A stretch of DNA of 64,000 bases from the IMG/VR virus record IMGVR_UViG_2595698339_000001, positions 1-64,000 of that record; one strand, written 5' to 3'. The notes under the pieces were generated by a model. It had not been told where the DNA came from. It worked only from the letters and a program-made list of their open reading frames with translations, and did no database searches. A program made the translations under genes and the position numbers. Below are positions 53,886-63,109 of this stretch, piece by piece (positions within the stretch are counted from its first letter, which is position 1; each line of letters begins with the position of its first letter). This stretch comes from a virus. Its lineage: Duplodnaviria; Caudoviricetes.

Positions 53886-54827
53886 ATGACCAAAATCTGG
53901 GCCATGCGTGGCTACTCCGGGAGCGGAAAGTCAACGCGCGCAAGAGAAATCGCCACCGTCAACAAGGCTGTCGTCATCAACCGCGACTACCTCCGCAAGA
54001 TGATGCTGGGGGAGTGGTGGACCGGCAAGAAGCAGGACGAAGACCGCATCACGACCGCCGAAGAGGCGCTGGTCCTCGCCCACCTCAAGAGCGGCACATC
54101 CGTCGTCATCGACGCCACCCACCTGTGGCCTAAGTACCTGCGCAAGTGGGCACGCCTCGCCACCCAGCTGGGTGTGGAGTTCGAGGTGGTCGACGTCAAG
54201 CGCGACGTCCAGAGCTGCGTCGACCGAGACATCCTCCGCAGCTACGACGGTGAGCGCAGTGTCGGCGAAGAGGTGATCCGCAAGCAGGCCAAGAGCTGGT
54301 CCCAGGATCGGTGGCCCGAGATCACCGCAGAGCCCTTCATCATCCGCCCGGTGGGAACCATCAGCCAGCTGCCCCCCGCAATCATCGTGGACATCGACGG
54401 CACCCTGGCTCATATCCCCGTGAACGGCCGCTCACCCTACGACTACACCCGAGTCAAGGAAGACAAGGTCGACAAGGAGATCGCCTGGCTGGTCTCCGTG
54501 CTGCACCAGTGGCGCTACGTCTCCGACGATGACCAGGCCCCCGAGGTCATCGTCATGTCGGGTCGTGACGACACCTGCCGCGCAGACACCGTCGAGTGGA
54601 TGAACCAGAACGACATCCCCTTCGACCAGCTCATCATGCGACCGGCTGACGCCAAGGACGACCGCGGCAACAAGCTGCCCGACTACCAGGTCAAGTACCA
54701 GCTCTTCAATGACCAGATCCGCGACAAGTACAAGGTCCTGTTCGTGCTGGACGACCGCCAACAGGTCGTGGACATGTGGCGCAAGCTCGGCCTGAAGTGC
54801 CTTCAGGTGGCGCCGGGGGACTTCTGA
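53886..54827 (+). CDS. pnk: polynucleotide 5'-kinase/3'-phosphatase (T4 PseT-like)
   Basis: GYSGSGKST P-loop and RD motif; DIDGT HAD motif, SGR, DDR. Confidence 0.95.
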   Translation: MTKIWAMRGYSGSGKSTRAREIATVNKAVVINRDYLRKMMLGEWWTGKKQDEDRITTAEEALVLAHLKSGTSVVIDATHLWPKYLRKWARLATQLGVEFEVVDVKRDVQSCVDRDILRSYDGERSVGEEVIRKQAKSWSQDRWPEITAEPFIIRPVGTISQLPPAIIVDIDGTLAHIPVNGRSPYDYTRVKEDKVDKEIAWLVSVLHQWRYVSDDDQAPEVIVMSGRDDTCRADTVEWMNQNDIPFDQLIMRPADAKDDRGNKLPDYQVKYQLFNDQIRDKYKVLFVLDDRQQVVDMWRKLGLKCLQVAPGDF

Positions 54828-54933
54828 CGTAGCGCCAAAATTGTCGGCGAAAGGACACCATGACTCAGATCGGCATTACCCGCAAGGCGTGGTTATCACT
54901 CGCCACTCAGACTTAATGAGAGGAAACTACTAA

Positions 54934-55302
54934 ATGTCAAGAGAATTTGAACCGGCGAAGCCATGGATCGCCCGCGACGGAATGCCCATCTACCCCACAG
55001 CCTCCGAATTCGAGACCCGCTGGGACGCTGATAACACCTTCCCCTTCTTCGAGGATGAGTACGGTTACGGCCTCTTCGGGTACGGACACCAGGACAAGGC
55101 TGAGTTCGTCGCCATGGCGAACCGCTATAACGAGCTCTGCGGAGTCGGGATTGACGAAGTGCCCTACACCAGCGACGACGTCGTCCACTGCTGGGCGGTC
55201 GTAACTGACCCGCGCAATGAGGACGACGGCATCAGATTCTCCTGGCTCGGGATTGATGCAGACACCTACGGAGCATGGCCCCTGACGCGGATCAGCTATT
55301 GA
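54934..55302 (+). CDS. hypothetical protein
   Basis: GAGGA RBS. Confidence 0.7.
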   Translation: MSREFEPAKPWIARDGMPIYPTASEFETRWDADNTFPFFEDEYGYGLFGYGHQDKAEFVAMANRYNELCGVGIDEVPYTSDDVVHCWAVVTDPRNEDDGIRFSWLGIDADTYGAWPLTRISY

Positions 55303-55397
55303 TCCTTACCGCCGCCATAACCATCAAGGCCCTAGTCGGAATCACCGGCTGGGGCCTTCTCTTTGCCATCGGAATCTACTGGGGAATGAGACAGTGA
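55299..55397 (+). CDS. small membrane peptide (32 aa)
   Basis: TTGA and GTGA overlaps; MILTAAITIKALVGITGWGLLFAIGIYWGMRQ. Confidence 0.5.
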   Translation: MILTAAITIKALVGITGWGLLFAIGIYWGMRQ

Positions 55398-56719
55398 AAC
55401 TCGACGCACCGAAGAACAAGAACTACGCGGCCCAGGTCGTGCGCGTGCCCGCCACCCTGGAACTCAAGGGCCTGGACAACCTCGTCGGGGTGCCTGTGCT
55501 CGGCTGCCAGGCCCTCACGCAGCGCGACACCAAGGAGGGCGACCTCCGCATCGCCTTCACCGTGGAGACGCAGCTGTCCACGGACTACGCGCACTACAAC
55601 AACCTCTTCCGCGACGCCGAACGCAACGAGGACCCGAACGAGACCGGCTACCTGGAGAACCACCGACGCATCAAGGCAATGAAGCTCCGCGGCCACAAGT
55701 CCAGCGCGCTCCTCATGCCCCTCGAGTCGGTGGCCTGGACCGGCGTCGACCCGAGCGAGCTGCAAGAGGGCGACACCTTCGACACCCTCAACGGCCACGA
55801 GATTTGCCGCAAGTACGAGCTGCCAGTCAAGCACACCCACGGCGCCAAGGCGTCCAAGGTGCAGCGCGCCTTCAAGCGGGTGGACGCCAAGGTGTTCCCC
55901 GAGCATCTCGACACCGACAACTTCTTCCGCAGCGCGCACCTACTGGAGGCGGGCCGCGAGGTCATCGTCACCCAGAAGCTGCACGGCACATCCATCCGCG
56001 TCGGCAACGTCCCGGTGCTGCGCCAGAAGAAGTGGCTGGAGCGCTTCATCAACCGCTGGGTGAAGACCCCGGACTACGAGTTCGACGTCGTCTACGGCTC
56101 CCGCAAGGTGATCAAGGACGTCAACAACCCCAACCAGAACCACTACTACCAGTCGGACATCTGGACCGAGTACGGCAAGAAGATCGCCGCGCTCATCCCC
56201 GAGGGCTTCATCGTCTACGGCGAGCTCATCGGCTGGACGTCGGACGGAGCACCCTTGCAGAAGGGCTACACCTACGACGTGCCGCGGGGCGAGGCCCACC
56301 TGTACGTCTACCGGGTCGCCCACATCAACAGCCAGGGCCACCTCTCCGACCTGTCATGGAATGGCGTCAAGCAGTTCTGCCAGGTGCGTGGACTGAAGTG
56401 GACCCCGGAGATGGACCGGGTCAGCTTCGGTGGTGCCGACCCCGAGTACCCCTCGATTGAGGAGCTCACTCAGTACATCACCCAGGCGATGGACATGCGC
56501 TACGCCGACCACTACGACAAGACCGTAGCCGGTACCGCGGTAGCCGCTCTCATTGACCGGCCAATTTCCTTGTCCGACAAGAAGTCCGTGGACGAAGGCG
56601 TCTGCCTCCGCCAGGACGGACTAGTGCCGACGATCTTGAAGGCCAAGTCCCCCAAGTTCTTTGAGTACGAAACCAAGCTCCTCGATAGCGGGGAAGTCGA
56701 CACCGAGAGTGCGGCTTAA
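55394..56719 (+). CDS. RNA ligase with N-terminal OB-fold-like domain
   Basis: Motif I TQKLHGT, YGELIG, EGVC, LKAKS. Confidence 0.92.
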   Translation: MKLDAPKNKNYAAQVVRVPATLELKGLDNLVGVPVLGCQALTQRDTKEGDLRIAFTVETQLSTDYAHYNNLFRDAERNEDPNETGYLENHRRIKAMKLRGHKSSALLMPLESVAWTGVDPSELQEGDTFDTLNGHEICRKYELPVKHTHGAKASKVQRAFKRVDAKVFPEHLDTDNFFRSAHLLEAGREVIVTQKLHGTSIRVGNVPVLRQKKWLERFINRWVKTPDYEFDVVYGSRKVIKDVNNPNQNHYYQSDIWTEYGKKIAALIPEGFIVYGELIGWTSDGAPLQKGYTYDVPRGEAHLYVYRVAHINSQGHLSDLSWNGVKQFCQVRGLKWTPEMDRVSFGGADPEYPSIEELTQYITQAMDMRYADHYDKTVAGTAVAALIDRPISLSDKKSVDEGVCLRQDGLVPTILKAKSPKFFEYETKLLDSGEVDTESAA

Positions 56720-56755
56720 CTAGGGGGCGGATCGCCGCCCCAGGAAGTCACTCCT

Positions 56756-57577
56756 TTGAAGAAGTTCTGCAAAATGTGCGTGAAGCAGGGTCGCAAGAGG
56801 CCAAACCTGGTAGCCGAGAAGGGTGGTAAGGGGCTGTGCTCAGTCCACTACCGCCGCAAGCTCGCGTACCGCGGGGAGCCCCAAGGGCTCGTTCCCATGG
56901 GTCGAGCGCAGGAACATCTCAGCGCGCTCCGCGATGCTGGCGTCACCCTTCCTCGGATGGCCAAGTTGTCTGGCGTTAGCGCGCGGTCCCTGGAGCTCAT
57001 CCTCTACGGCGAGCGTGAGAGCGTCCGCGCCCTCACGGAACAGAAAATCCTCTCCATCGGCATCAGTCAGGCCACGGAGCTCAAGGACAAGGGCAAGTCT
57101 CAGGTGGCCAGCCTGGGAACCGTCCGCCGCCTACAGTCCCTCCGCCGACTGGGCTACTCGATAAAGGACCTCGCCGACAGGGTTGGACTGACCCGCGCAG
57201 CGCTCGACGCAATCCTCGGCCAACCCGACAGGAAGTGGGTCAACCAGAGCACCGCAGAGGCAGTGAAGAAGGTGTTCGCCGAGCTTCAGGCGACACCGCC
57301 ACCGGAGACCGCGACCACGCGCCGCGCCGCCGAGGTGGCGAAGGAGCGGGGCTGGCCCCTCCCTCTCGCTTGGGATGAGGACGCGATTGACGATCCAAGC
57401 GCGGAGCCTCACGACGTGGAGCGGCGGAAAACGGACTGGTACCAGGAATACCTCGACATCAAGGAAAACCTCGGCATCACAACGCAATCCCAGATCGCCC
57501 GACGCATGGGCATCAGGGAGGAGGCGCTCTACCAACGCCTCAAGAGGCTCAAGCAGACGGAGGAATCGGCGGCATGA
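56756..57577 (+). CDS. multi-HTH DNA-binding protein
   Basis: Three HTH-like segments, RRLQSL..GYS, PLAWDE. Confidence 0.75.
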   Translation: MKKFCKMCVKQGRKRPNLVAEKGGKGLCSVHYRRKLAYRGEPQGLVPMGRAQEHLSALRDAGVTLPRMAKLSGVSARSLELILYGERESVRALTEQKILSIGISQATELKDKGKSQVASLGTVRRLQSLRRLGYSIKDLADRVGLTRAALDAILGQPDRKWVNQSTAEAVKKVFAELQATPPPETATTRRAAEVAKERGWPLPLAWDEDAIDDPSAEPHDVERRKTDWYQEYLDIKENLGITTQSQIARRMGIREEALYQRLKRLKQTEESAA

Positions 57578-57834
57578 GCAACGAGAACTGGCGCGTGGAA
57601 GCGCGCTGCAACGGCCAAGACCCGGAACTCTTCTTCCCGCTGGGGAGGGGACCGGCCTACGAGCAGCAGGTGACCGAGGCCAAGAAGGTCTGCGGCGGAT
57701 GCCCGGTATCGGGCGAGTGTCTCAGGTTCGTCCTGAGCGTGGAGAGGCCGGGGGACTACCGCCATGGAGTCTTCGCTGGCCTCACCGAAGACGAGCGACG
57801 TCAGTTGTTCGACCACCAAGAAGAAGCAGCATAG
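57574..57834 (+). CDS. whiB: WhiB family transcription factor
   Basis: W...ARC...DPELFFP, AKKVC..CPV...C, GVFAGLT..ER. Confidence 0.93.
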   Translation: MSNENWRVEARCNGQDPELFFPLGRGPAYEQQVTEAKKVCGGCPVSGECLRFVLSVERPGDYRHGVFAGLTEDERRQLFDHQEEAA

Positions 57835-57850
57835 AGAGGGGACTATCCCA

Positions 57851-58009
57851 ATGCGACCCAAGATCATGGTGACCAACACCGACAAGAACGGAAAGGTTAC
57901 CGACAGCTGGTTTGTCCGCGTGGGCAAGAAGTCCCGCACCTTCTCCGCGGCCGACGCCAAGACCGGCGCCCACGTCAAGTGGATCAACGAACAGCTGGGC
58001 GCCGCGTGA
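57851..58009 (+). CDS. hypothetical protein
   Basis: GAGGG RBS, coupled downstream. Confidence 0.6.
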   Translation: MRPKIMVTNTDKNGKVTDSWFVRVGKKSRTFSAADAKTGAHVKWINEQLGAA

Positions 58010-58458
58010 ACCGCGAGGCGGTCCAGGCGCTGCGCGACAAGCTGGTGGCCGAGCGCGACAGTCACGCCCAGGAGACCTGGGCCAGCATCAAGCTCGATGC
58101 GGAGACCGCGCGTCTCCTGTCTGAGCGTTACAACAACGAATCGGTTCAACCCCTCAAGGTGTCCTGCGCCACGGCCGCCTGCGCCGCGGGCCACACCTGC
58201 CTGATGGCGGGGGACGTGTTCCTCATTGATCCGATGGGCGAATTCGACCCGGGCGAGATCGTTGAGGTGGACAGCGTGGAGACCCCCGATGGTGTCACGC
58301 GCACCGTCGAGGCGCGCGCCCAGGAGTTGCTGGGCCTCACCCGGGCAGAGACCAACAACCTCTTCGACCCGCACCACTCCCACGAGGAGACCATTCAGCT
58401 CCTTGACCAACTCCTCGCCGGGGAGGACATCTCCCTCGACTGGTGCAGCTGGAGGTAA
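58006..58458 (+). CDS. hypothetical protein (CATAACAAGH motif)
   Basis: GTGA coupling. Confidence 0.7.
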   Translation: MNREAVQALRDKLVAERDSHAQETWASIKLDAETARLLSERYNNESVQPLKVSCATAACAAGHTCLMAGDVFLIDPMGEFDPGEIVEVDSVETPDGVTRTVEARAQELLGLTRAETNNLFDPHHSHEETIQLLDQLLAGEDISLDWCSWR

Positions 58459-58461
58459 GCA

Positions 58462-58584
58462 ATGAACAAGCGGATGATCCAAGACCTCCGCGACAAACTC
58501 ATCCACCTCCTCGACCAGCTTCTCGCTGACGAGGACATCGAGGACTACTGCTCCGAAAACTGCTACGACAGGGACGACGACTGA
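58462..58584 (+). CDS. 40-aa internally deleted paralog of the upstream gene
   Basis: GGAGG RBS; LRDKL and LLDQLLA.EDI shared with both ends of 58006..58458. Confidence 0.6.
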   Translation: MNKRMIQDLRDKLIHLLDQLLADEDIEDYCSENCYDRDDD

Positions 58585-58585
58585 C

Positions 58586-58921
58586 ATGCCATCTATCGAA
58601 GAAATCAACCAGGCCGCCCGGGTGCTCGAAGACCTCGTGGAGGAGGGCGCCCACCGCGAACTTGACCACGACACCCACTTCATGGCCACCGTGGCGAACC
58701 TGCGAACCCTTGCCTATCAGCGCACCCCCCAGACGCTGAAGGTCTACCGCCGTGACGGCAGGAACGGCTACACCATCTACGCCGAGAAGCGGGACGGCAC
58801 CTACGTCGCCACCTATGTCACGGACGGCCTCCCCGGCGGCTCGTCCAGCTTCCAGAACATCAGCCCCTCAACAGTCGAGGCGCACCTCAAGCTCGGCAAG
58901 CTGGAACTCCTCTACGGTTGA
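58586..58921 (+). CDS. hypothetical protein
   Basis: Codon usage. Confidence 0.7.
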   Translation: MPSIEEINQAARVLEDLVEEGAHRELDHDTHFMATVANLRTLAYQRTPQTLKVYRRDGRNGYTIYAEKRDGTYVATYVTDGLPGGSSSFQNISPSTVEAHLKLGKLELLYG

Positions 58922-59460
58922 TCGAATACCGTTGCCGTTCCGGGGACTCCTGCGTGGCCAGGACCCCGGACGGCGGAGCCCTAGTCACTGGCCCCACCCT
59001 CTGCTCCCGATGCGCTGACGACATCCAGAAATGCCTGGAACAGCTACCCCACCTCATCACCGCCCTCCAAACCATGAAGGGCACCTGGGGAGGCGTCAGC
59101 TACGAAGCCCGGGTGCAATCCTCCAAGGAACCCCCCACCCCTCTGCACCTCCACGTCGTTGACCTTATCGACCGGATAAACCAGTCCATCGACGCGACAG
59201 AGGACTACCGCATAGTCGACCTGATCACTCAGGCGGATGGCGTCACCAGGGCGCTCGACATCCGGCACGTCCACAAGCGGGCGTCCGAAGCGGTGGGCTT
59301 CCAGCCAACATGGCAGCGCCGCCACGCCCCCTGCTGGGAGTGCGGCCTGCCAACACTCGGAACCTGGGTCGGCAGCGATGTCATCCAGTGCTCCAACGAA
59401 GAGTGCCTCGCCCAGTGCTCGCTGGACGAATACACACAACACTGCATGAGGAACAGATGA
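58918..59460 (+). CDS. zinc-finger protein
   Basis: LCSRC, CWEC, C...C motifs. Confidence 0.75.
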   Translation: MIEYRCRSGDSCVARTPDGGALVTGPTLCSRCADDIQKCLEQLPHLITALQTMKGTWGGVSYEARVQSSKEPPTPLHLHVVDLIDRINQSIDATEDYRIVDLITQADGVTRALDIRHVHKRASEAVGFQPTWQRRHAPCWECGLPTLGTWVGSDVIQCSNEECLAQCSLDEYTQHCMRNR

Positions 59461-60938
59461 CAGAACATCCTGTCTTGATCCACCTCGGCGACTGCCGGGA
59501 CATCCTCGCCGAACTTGAAGACGCCAGCGTCGACTCCATCGTCACCGACCCGCCCTACGAACTGGGATTCATGGGCAAGAAGTGGGACGGCTCGGGCATC
59601 GCTTTCGATGTCGAGATGTGGGAGCAATGTCTGCGGGTCCTCAAGCCGGGTGGGCACCTGCTCGCCTTCGGCGGCTCCCGCACCTGGCACCGGCTCGCCT
59701 GCGCGGTCGAGGACGCGGGCTTCGAGATCCGTGACTCCATCGCCTGGCTCTACGGGTCCGGGTTCCCGAAGTCGCTCGACGTGTCCAAGGCCATCGACAA
59801 GCAGCGAGATGACGGCGCAGATCGGCAGGCAGTCGGCGCATGGCTGCGGTCACACCGCGAGGACCGAGGCTTAACCCAAAAGGCGATCGCGACGCATTGG
59901 CCCTCCGCTACAGGCGGACTCACCGGTTGCGTGGCGAACTGGGAACTCGGGTTAAACCTCCCGACATGGGATCAGTGGTTGCGCCTGAAAGAGCTGCTGT
60001 CGCTGCCCGACGACATGGACGGCGAAGTCTGGCGGCTCAACGGGCGCAAGGGGACACCCGGCGAAGCATGGAGGACAGCCGAGGTGCTCAGCACAGAGGA
60101 CCGGATGAACGAGCCGTCTGGAGTGGTAAACGTCGGGCAAGGAGTTCGGACTCCTGTCACCCGCCTCATCAAGGCCGCAAATTCCGAGGCGGCACGCCAG
60201 TGGCAGGGATGGGGCACAGCTCTCAAGCCCGCGTTCGAGCCCATCGTGGTCGCACGTAAGCCTCTCGTGGGCACGGTGGCGGCGAATGTGCTGGAGTACG
60301 GCACGGGGGCGTTGAACATCGACGCCTGCCGCATCCCCGCCTCCGACAAGGCCAAATTCCCTACGGGCTACAGCAAGGCTACAGGGGACGCCTTTGCCCA
60401 GGACGCATACAGCAAGTCTTGGACTTGCGGTGAGGACAAGAACCCTGGCGGCCGATGGCCTACGAACGTTGTTCTCGATGACACGCAGGCTGCCGAACTC
60501 GACGCGCAGACCGGCATTCAAAAGTCCGGGACGGCGGTTCAGCGCAATGGCGGTGGGCAGAAAATCTTCGGCGGCATCGCGGGCGGGGAGAACAGTGCGG
60601 GTGCCCGACCTGACGCCGGGTACAACGACGAGGGCGGCGCGTCACGCTTCTTCCCAGTGTTCAAGTACCAGGCCAAAGCTCCCACCAAGGAGCGTCCCAG
60701 CTACGTCAACGAAGACGGCAACAAGGTCGTGCACAGCACCGTCAAGCCACTCGCCCTCATGCGGTGGCTGGTCAAGCTAGTCACCCCACCCGGGGGTGTA
60801 GTGCTGGACCCCTTCGCGGGCAGCGGAACCACAGTGGAGGCGTGCCTCTTGGAGAAGTTCCGGTGCATCGCCATCGAAAACGAACCCGACTACATCCCAC
60901 TCATCGAGCAGAGGCTGGAGCGATCCACAAGTGAGTAA
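59457..60938 (+). CDS. N4/N6 DNA methyltransferase (beta class) with inserted HTH
   Basis: TDPPY before H.TVKP and [11 protein letters not shown]. Confidence 0.92.
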   Translation: MTEHPVLIHLGDCRDILAELEDASVDSIVTDPPYELGFMGKKWDGSGIAFDVEMWEQCLRVLKPGGHLLAFGGSRTWHRLACAVEDAGFEIRDSIAWLYGSGFPKSLDVSKAIDKQRDDGADRQAVGAWLRSHREDRGLTQKAIATHWPSATGGLTGCVANWELGLNLPTWDQWLRLKELLSLPDDMDGEVWRLNGRKGTPGEAWRTAEVLSTEDRMNEPSGVVNVGQGVRTPVTRLIKAANSEAARQWQGWGTALKPAFEPIVVARKPLVGTVAANVLEYGTGALNIDACRIPASDKAKFPTGYSKATGDAFAQDAYSKSWTCGEDKNPGGRWPTNVVLDDTQAAELDAQTGIQKSGTAVQRNGGGQKIFGGIAGGENSAGARPDAGYNDEGGASRFFPVFKYQAKAPTKERPSYVNEDGNKVVHSTVKPLALMRWLVKLVTPPGGVVLDPFAGSGTTVEACLLEKFRCIAIENEPDYIPLIEQRLERSTSE

Positions 60939-61371
60939 AGACCTACAGGTACATCTCGTCGGCACCCTGACCGCCGACCCCGAGCTGCGGTTCACCCAAG
61001 GTGGGCAGGCCGTCGCCAACTTCACCGTCGTGTCCAACGAACGCCGCCGCGACGCCCAGGGCAACTGGGTCGACGGCGACGCCACATTCCTCCGCTGCAC
61101 CATCTGGCGCGACGCCGCCGAGAACGTAGCGGAAAGCCTCCAGAAAGGCCAGCGCGTCATCGTGCATGGCTACCTCAAGCAGCGCTCCTTCGAGACCAAG
61201 GAAGGCGACAAGCGCACCGTCATCGAGGTGGAGGTAGACGAGATCGGCCCGTCGCTGCGGTGGGCAACAGCTCGCGTGTCCAAGGTCGGCGGCAACAGCA
61301 ACGGGGGCGGCAGCTCCTCGTTCAAGGAAGCCGACGCCAACAAGTGGGGCGATGACGAGCCGCCCTTCTGA
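60931..61371 (+). CDS. ssb: single-stranded DNA-binding protein
   Basis: [12 protein letters not shown], acidic DDEPPF tail. Confidence 0.96.
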   Translation: MSKDLQVHLVGTLTADPELRFTQGGQAVANFTVVSNERRRDAQGNWVDGDATFLRCTIWRDAAENVAESLQKGQRVIVHGYLKQRSFETKEGDKRTVIEVEVDEIGPSLRWATARVSKVGGNSNGGGSSSFKEADANKWGDDEPPF

Positions 61372-61486
61372 CCCCCAGGAAAACCGCCCTTTTCTGAGCC
61401 AGATTTTGCTTCCCCTCCGAAAACTTTTCCGCGGGGGGAAACCCAGTTTTGAGCAAATCATGGCCCCCTCCGAACAAGGAAGCACA

Positions 61487-62266
61487 TTGACTGCACCCAC
61501 TCCCATGAGCCCCGCCCTGGAAGAGGCGACCATCGCCAAGCTGCGCGCAGAAGCCGCCGCCGCGGAGGCCGCCGCCGAGGTCTCCAAGATGGAAACCCGC
61601 CTGAAGCTGGAGTCCGTCCGCAAGGAGGCCGCCCTCGCGCGCCACCAGACCGCGGCCGCCATCGGCCAGGAGCTCTACGTCGCCAACCAGGAGCGCACCC
61701 AGAAGCTGGAGCTCCTGCGCAACCACTACGTCCACGAGTACCACTTCGTTGACGGCGTGAACGACTACTCGGTGGAGGCGTGCCTCAACCAGTTGGCGCT
61801 GTGGCACCGCGAGGACCCGAACTGCGACATGCACATCGTCATGAACTCGCCGGGCGGCAGCGTCATCGCGGGCATGCACCTGTTCGACCAGATCGCGGCC
61901 TACTCGACGCGGCCGTGGGACACCTCTGACCGTCCCAAGGGCACGCACAAGACCACGATGACTGTGCGCGGCATGGCGGCCTCCATGGGCGGCATCCTGC
62001 TGCAGTCGGTGGACGAGCGCATCATCGGCCCCGAGGCGTACCTGATGATCCACGAGATTTCGGCGGGCACGGGCGGCAAGATCGGCGAGATTGAGGACAT
62101 GGTGGGCTGGTACCGCCACCTGTGCGCGCGCATCGCCAAGGTCTTCGTCCACCGCGCCGGGGGCAAGATCACCGCCGAGGAGTTCGACGCGGGATGGAAG
62201 CGCACCGACTGGTGGTTGGACTCCGACGAGGCCCTGCGTTACGGCTTTGTGGATCGGATCGCCTGA
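61487..62266 (+). CDS. clpP: ClpP-like protease with N-terminal coiled coil
   Basis: NSPGGSV..G, AASMG (Ser), MIHE (His), EAL.YGFVD; start uncertain. Confidence 0.9.
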   Translation: MTAPTPMSPALEEATIAKLRAEAAAAEAAAEVSKMETRLKLESVRKEAALARHQTAAAIGQELYVANQERTQKLELLRNHYVHEYHFVDGVNDYSVEACLNQLALWHREDPNCDMHIVMNSPGGSVIAGMHLFDQIAAYSTRPWDTSDRPKGTHKTTMTVRGMAASMGGILLQSVDERIIGPEAYLMIHEISAGTGGKIGEIEDMVGWYRHLCARIAKVFVHRAGGKITAEEFDAGWKRTDWWLDSDEALRYGFVDRIA

Positions 62267-62267
62267 A

Positions 62268-62465
62268 GTGCATCACGACTTCAAGCACCACGCGCCAAAG
62301 GACGACGCGACTGTGGCCGCCCATGAACTCGTGCGGCGCGACATCGACGCGCTGTGGGCCAACCTCGACGTAGTGCTGCCCGCTGGACGCGAGAAGGCCG
62401 TCGTCAAGACGAAGCTGGAAGAGGCCATGTTCTGGGCCAACGCCGCGATTGCGAGGTCTCAGTGA
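62268..62465 (+). CDS. Acb2/Tad1-like small helical-hairpin protein
   Basis: GREKAVVKTKLEEAMFWANAAIAR motif. Confidence 0.65.
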   Translation: MHHDFKHHAPKDDATVAAHELVRRDIDALWANLDVVLPAGREKAVVKTKLEEAMFWANAAIARSQ

Positions 62466-62818
62466 GCGAGCCCATTCCCGGCGACATTCGGGTACTGGCA
62501 TGGCTGGGCGCCGACACCGCCCTCTCCGCCGCCCAGGAAACCCGAATGGCCGAGGGGCACGACCCCACGGTGGTCTACGAACTCCTGATCATGGCCCAGG
62601 CCATGGGCACCCTGGCAGCCGCCTCCGACACCGTCTACCTCGGTGTCATCCAGGAGATGGAACGCCGGGAGCGCGCCGAGGCGGAGAAGCAGGAGATGGT
62701 CCAGAGACTGATCAGCGAGAAGCTGAACCGACCCAAGGAGAGCACACAGGATGAATCTGCACCTACTGCTGACGATGCGTCGTCGGCGCCGGATGAGGCG
62801 GACGGGGTGGGGGCGTAG
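62462..62818 (+). CDS. hypothetical protein
   Basis: GTGA coupling. Confidence 0.7.
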   Translation: MSEPIPGDIRVLAWLGADTALSAAQETRMAEGHDPTVVYELLIMAQAMGTLAAASDTVYLGVIQEMERRERAEAEKQEMVQRLISEKLNRPKESTQDESAPTADDASSAPDEADGVGA

Positions 62819-63109
62819 ATGACCTCCAAAGCATCCCTCCGCAATCAGGTCGACAGGCTGACCGCCGAGTTGGCTATCGCCAACGCCAAGGTGAACCGCC
62901 TGACTGACGATGTCGCGCACCACAAGGGACGCACCGAGCGCGCCGAGAAGGACCGCGACCGCTACAAGAGCGGCCTGGAAGAGCTCCGCGCCAAGATTGG
63001 GAGCATCTTGACGCCCAAGGCTGTGGGCGACTACATCTCCTTCCTCGGAGGCGGCGGCGGCGGCGCGAGCAGCTTTCCGTCCATCATCCTTGGAGCTTCT
63101 GCGCTGTGA
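62819..63109 (+). CDS. coiled-coil protein
   Basis: Heptad repeats. Confidence 0.7.
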   Translation: MTSKASLRNQVDRLTAELAIANAKVNRLTDDVAHHKGRTERAEKDRDRYKSGLEELRAKIGSILTPKAVGDYISFLGGGGGGASSFPSIILGASAL

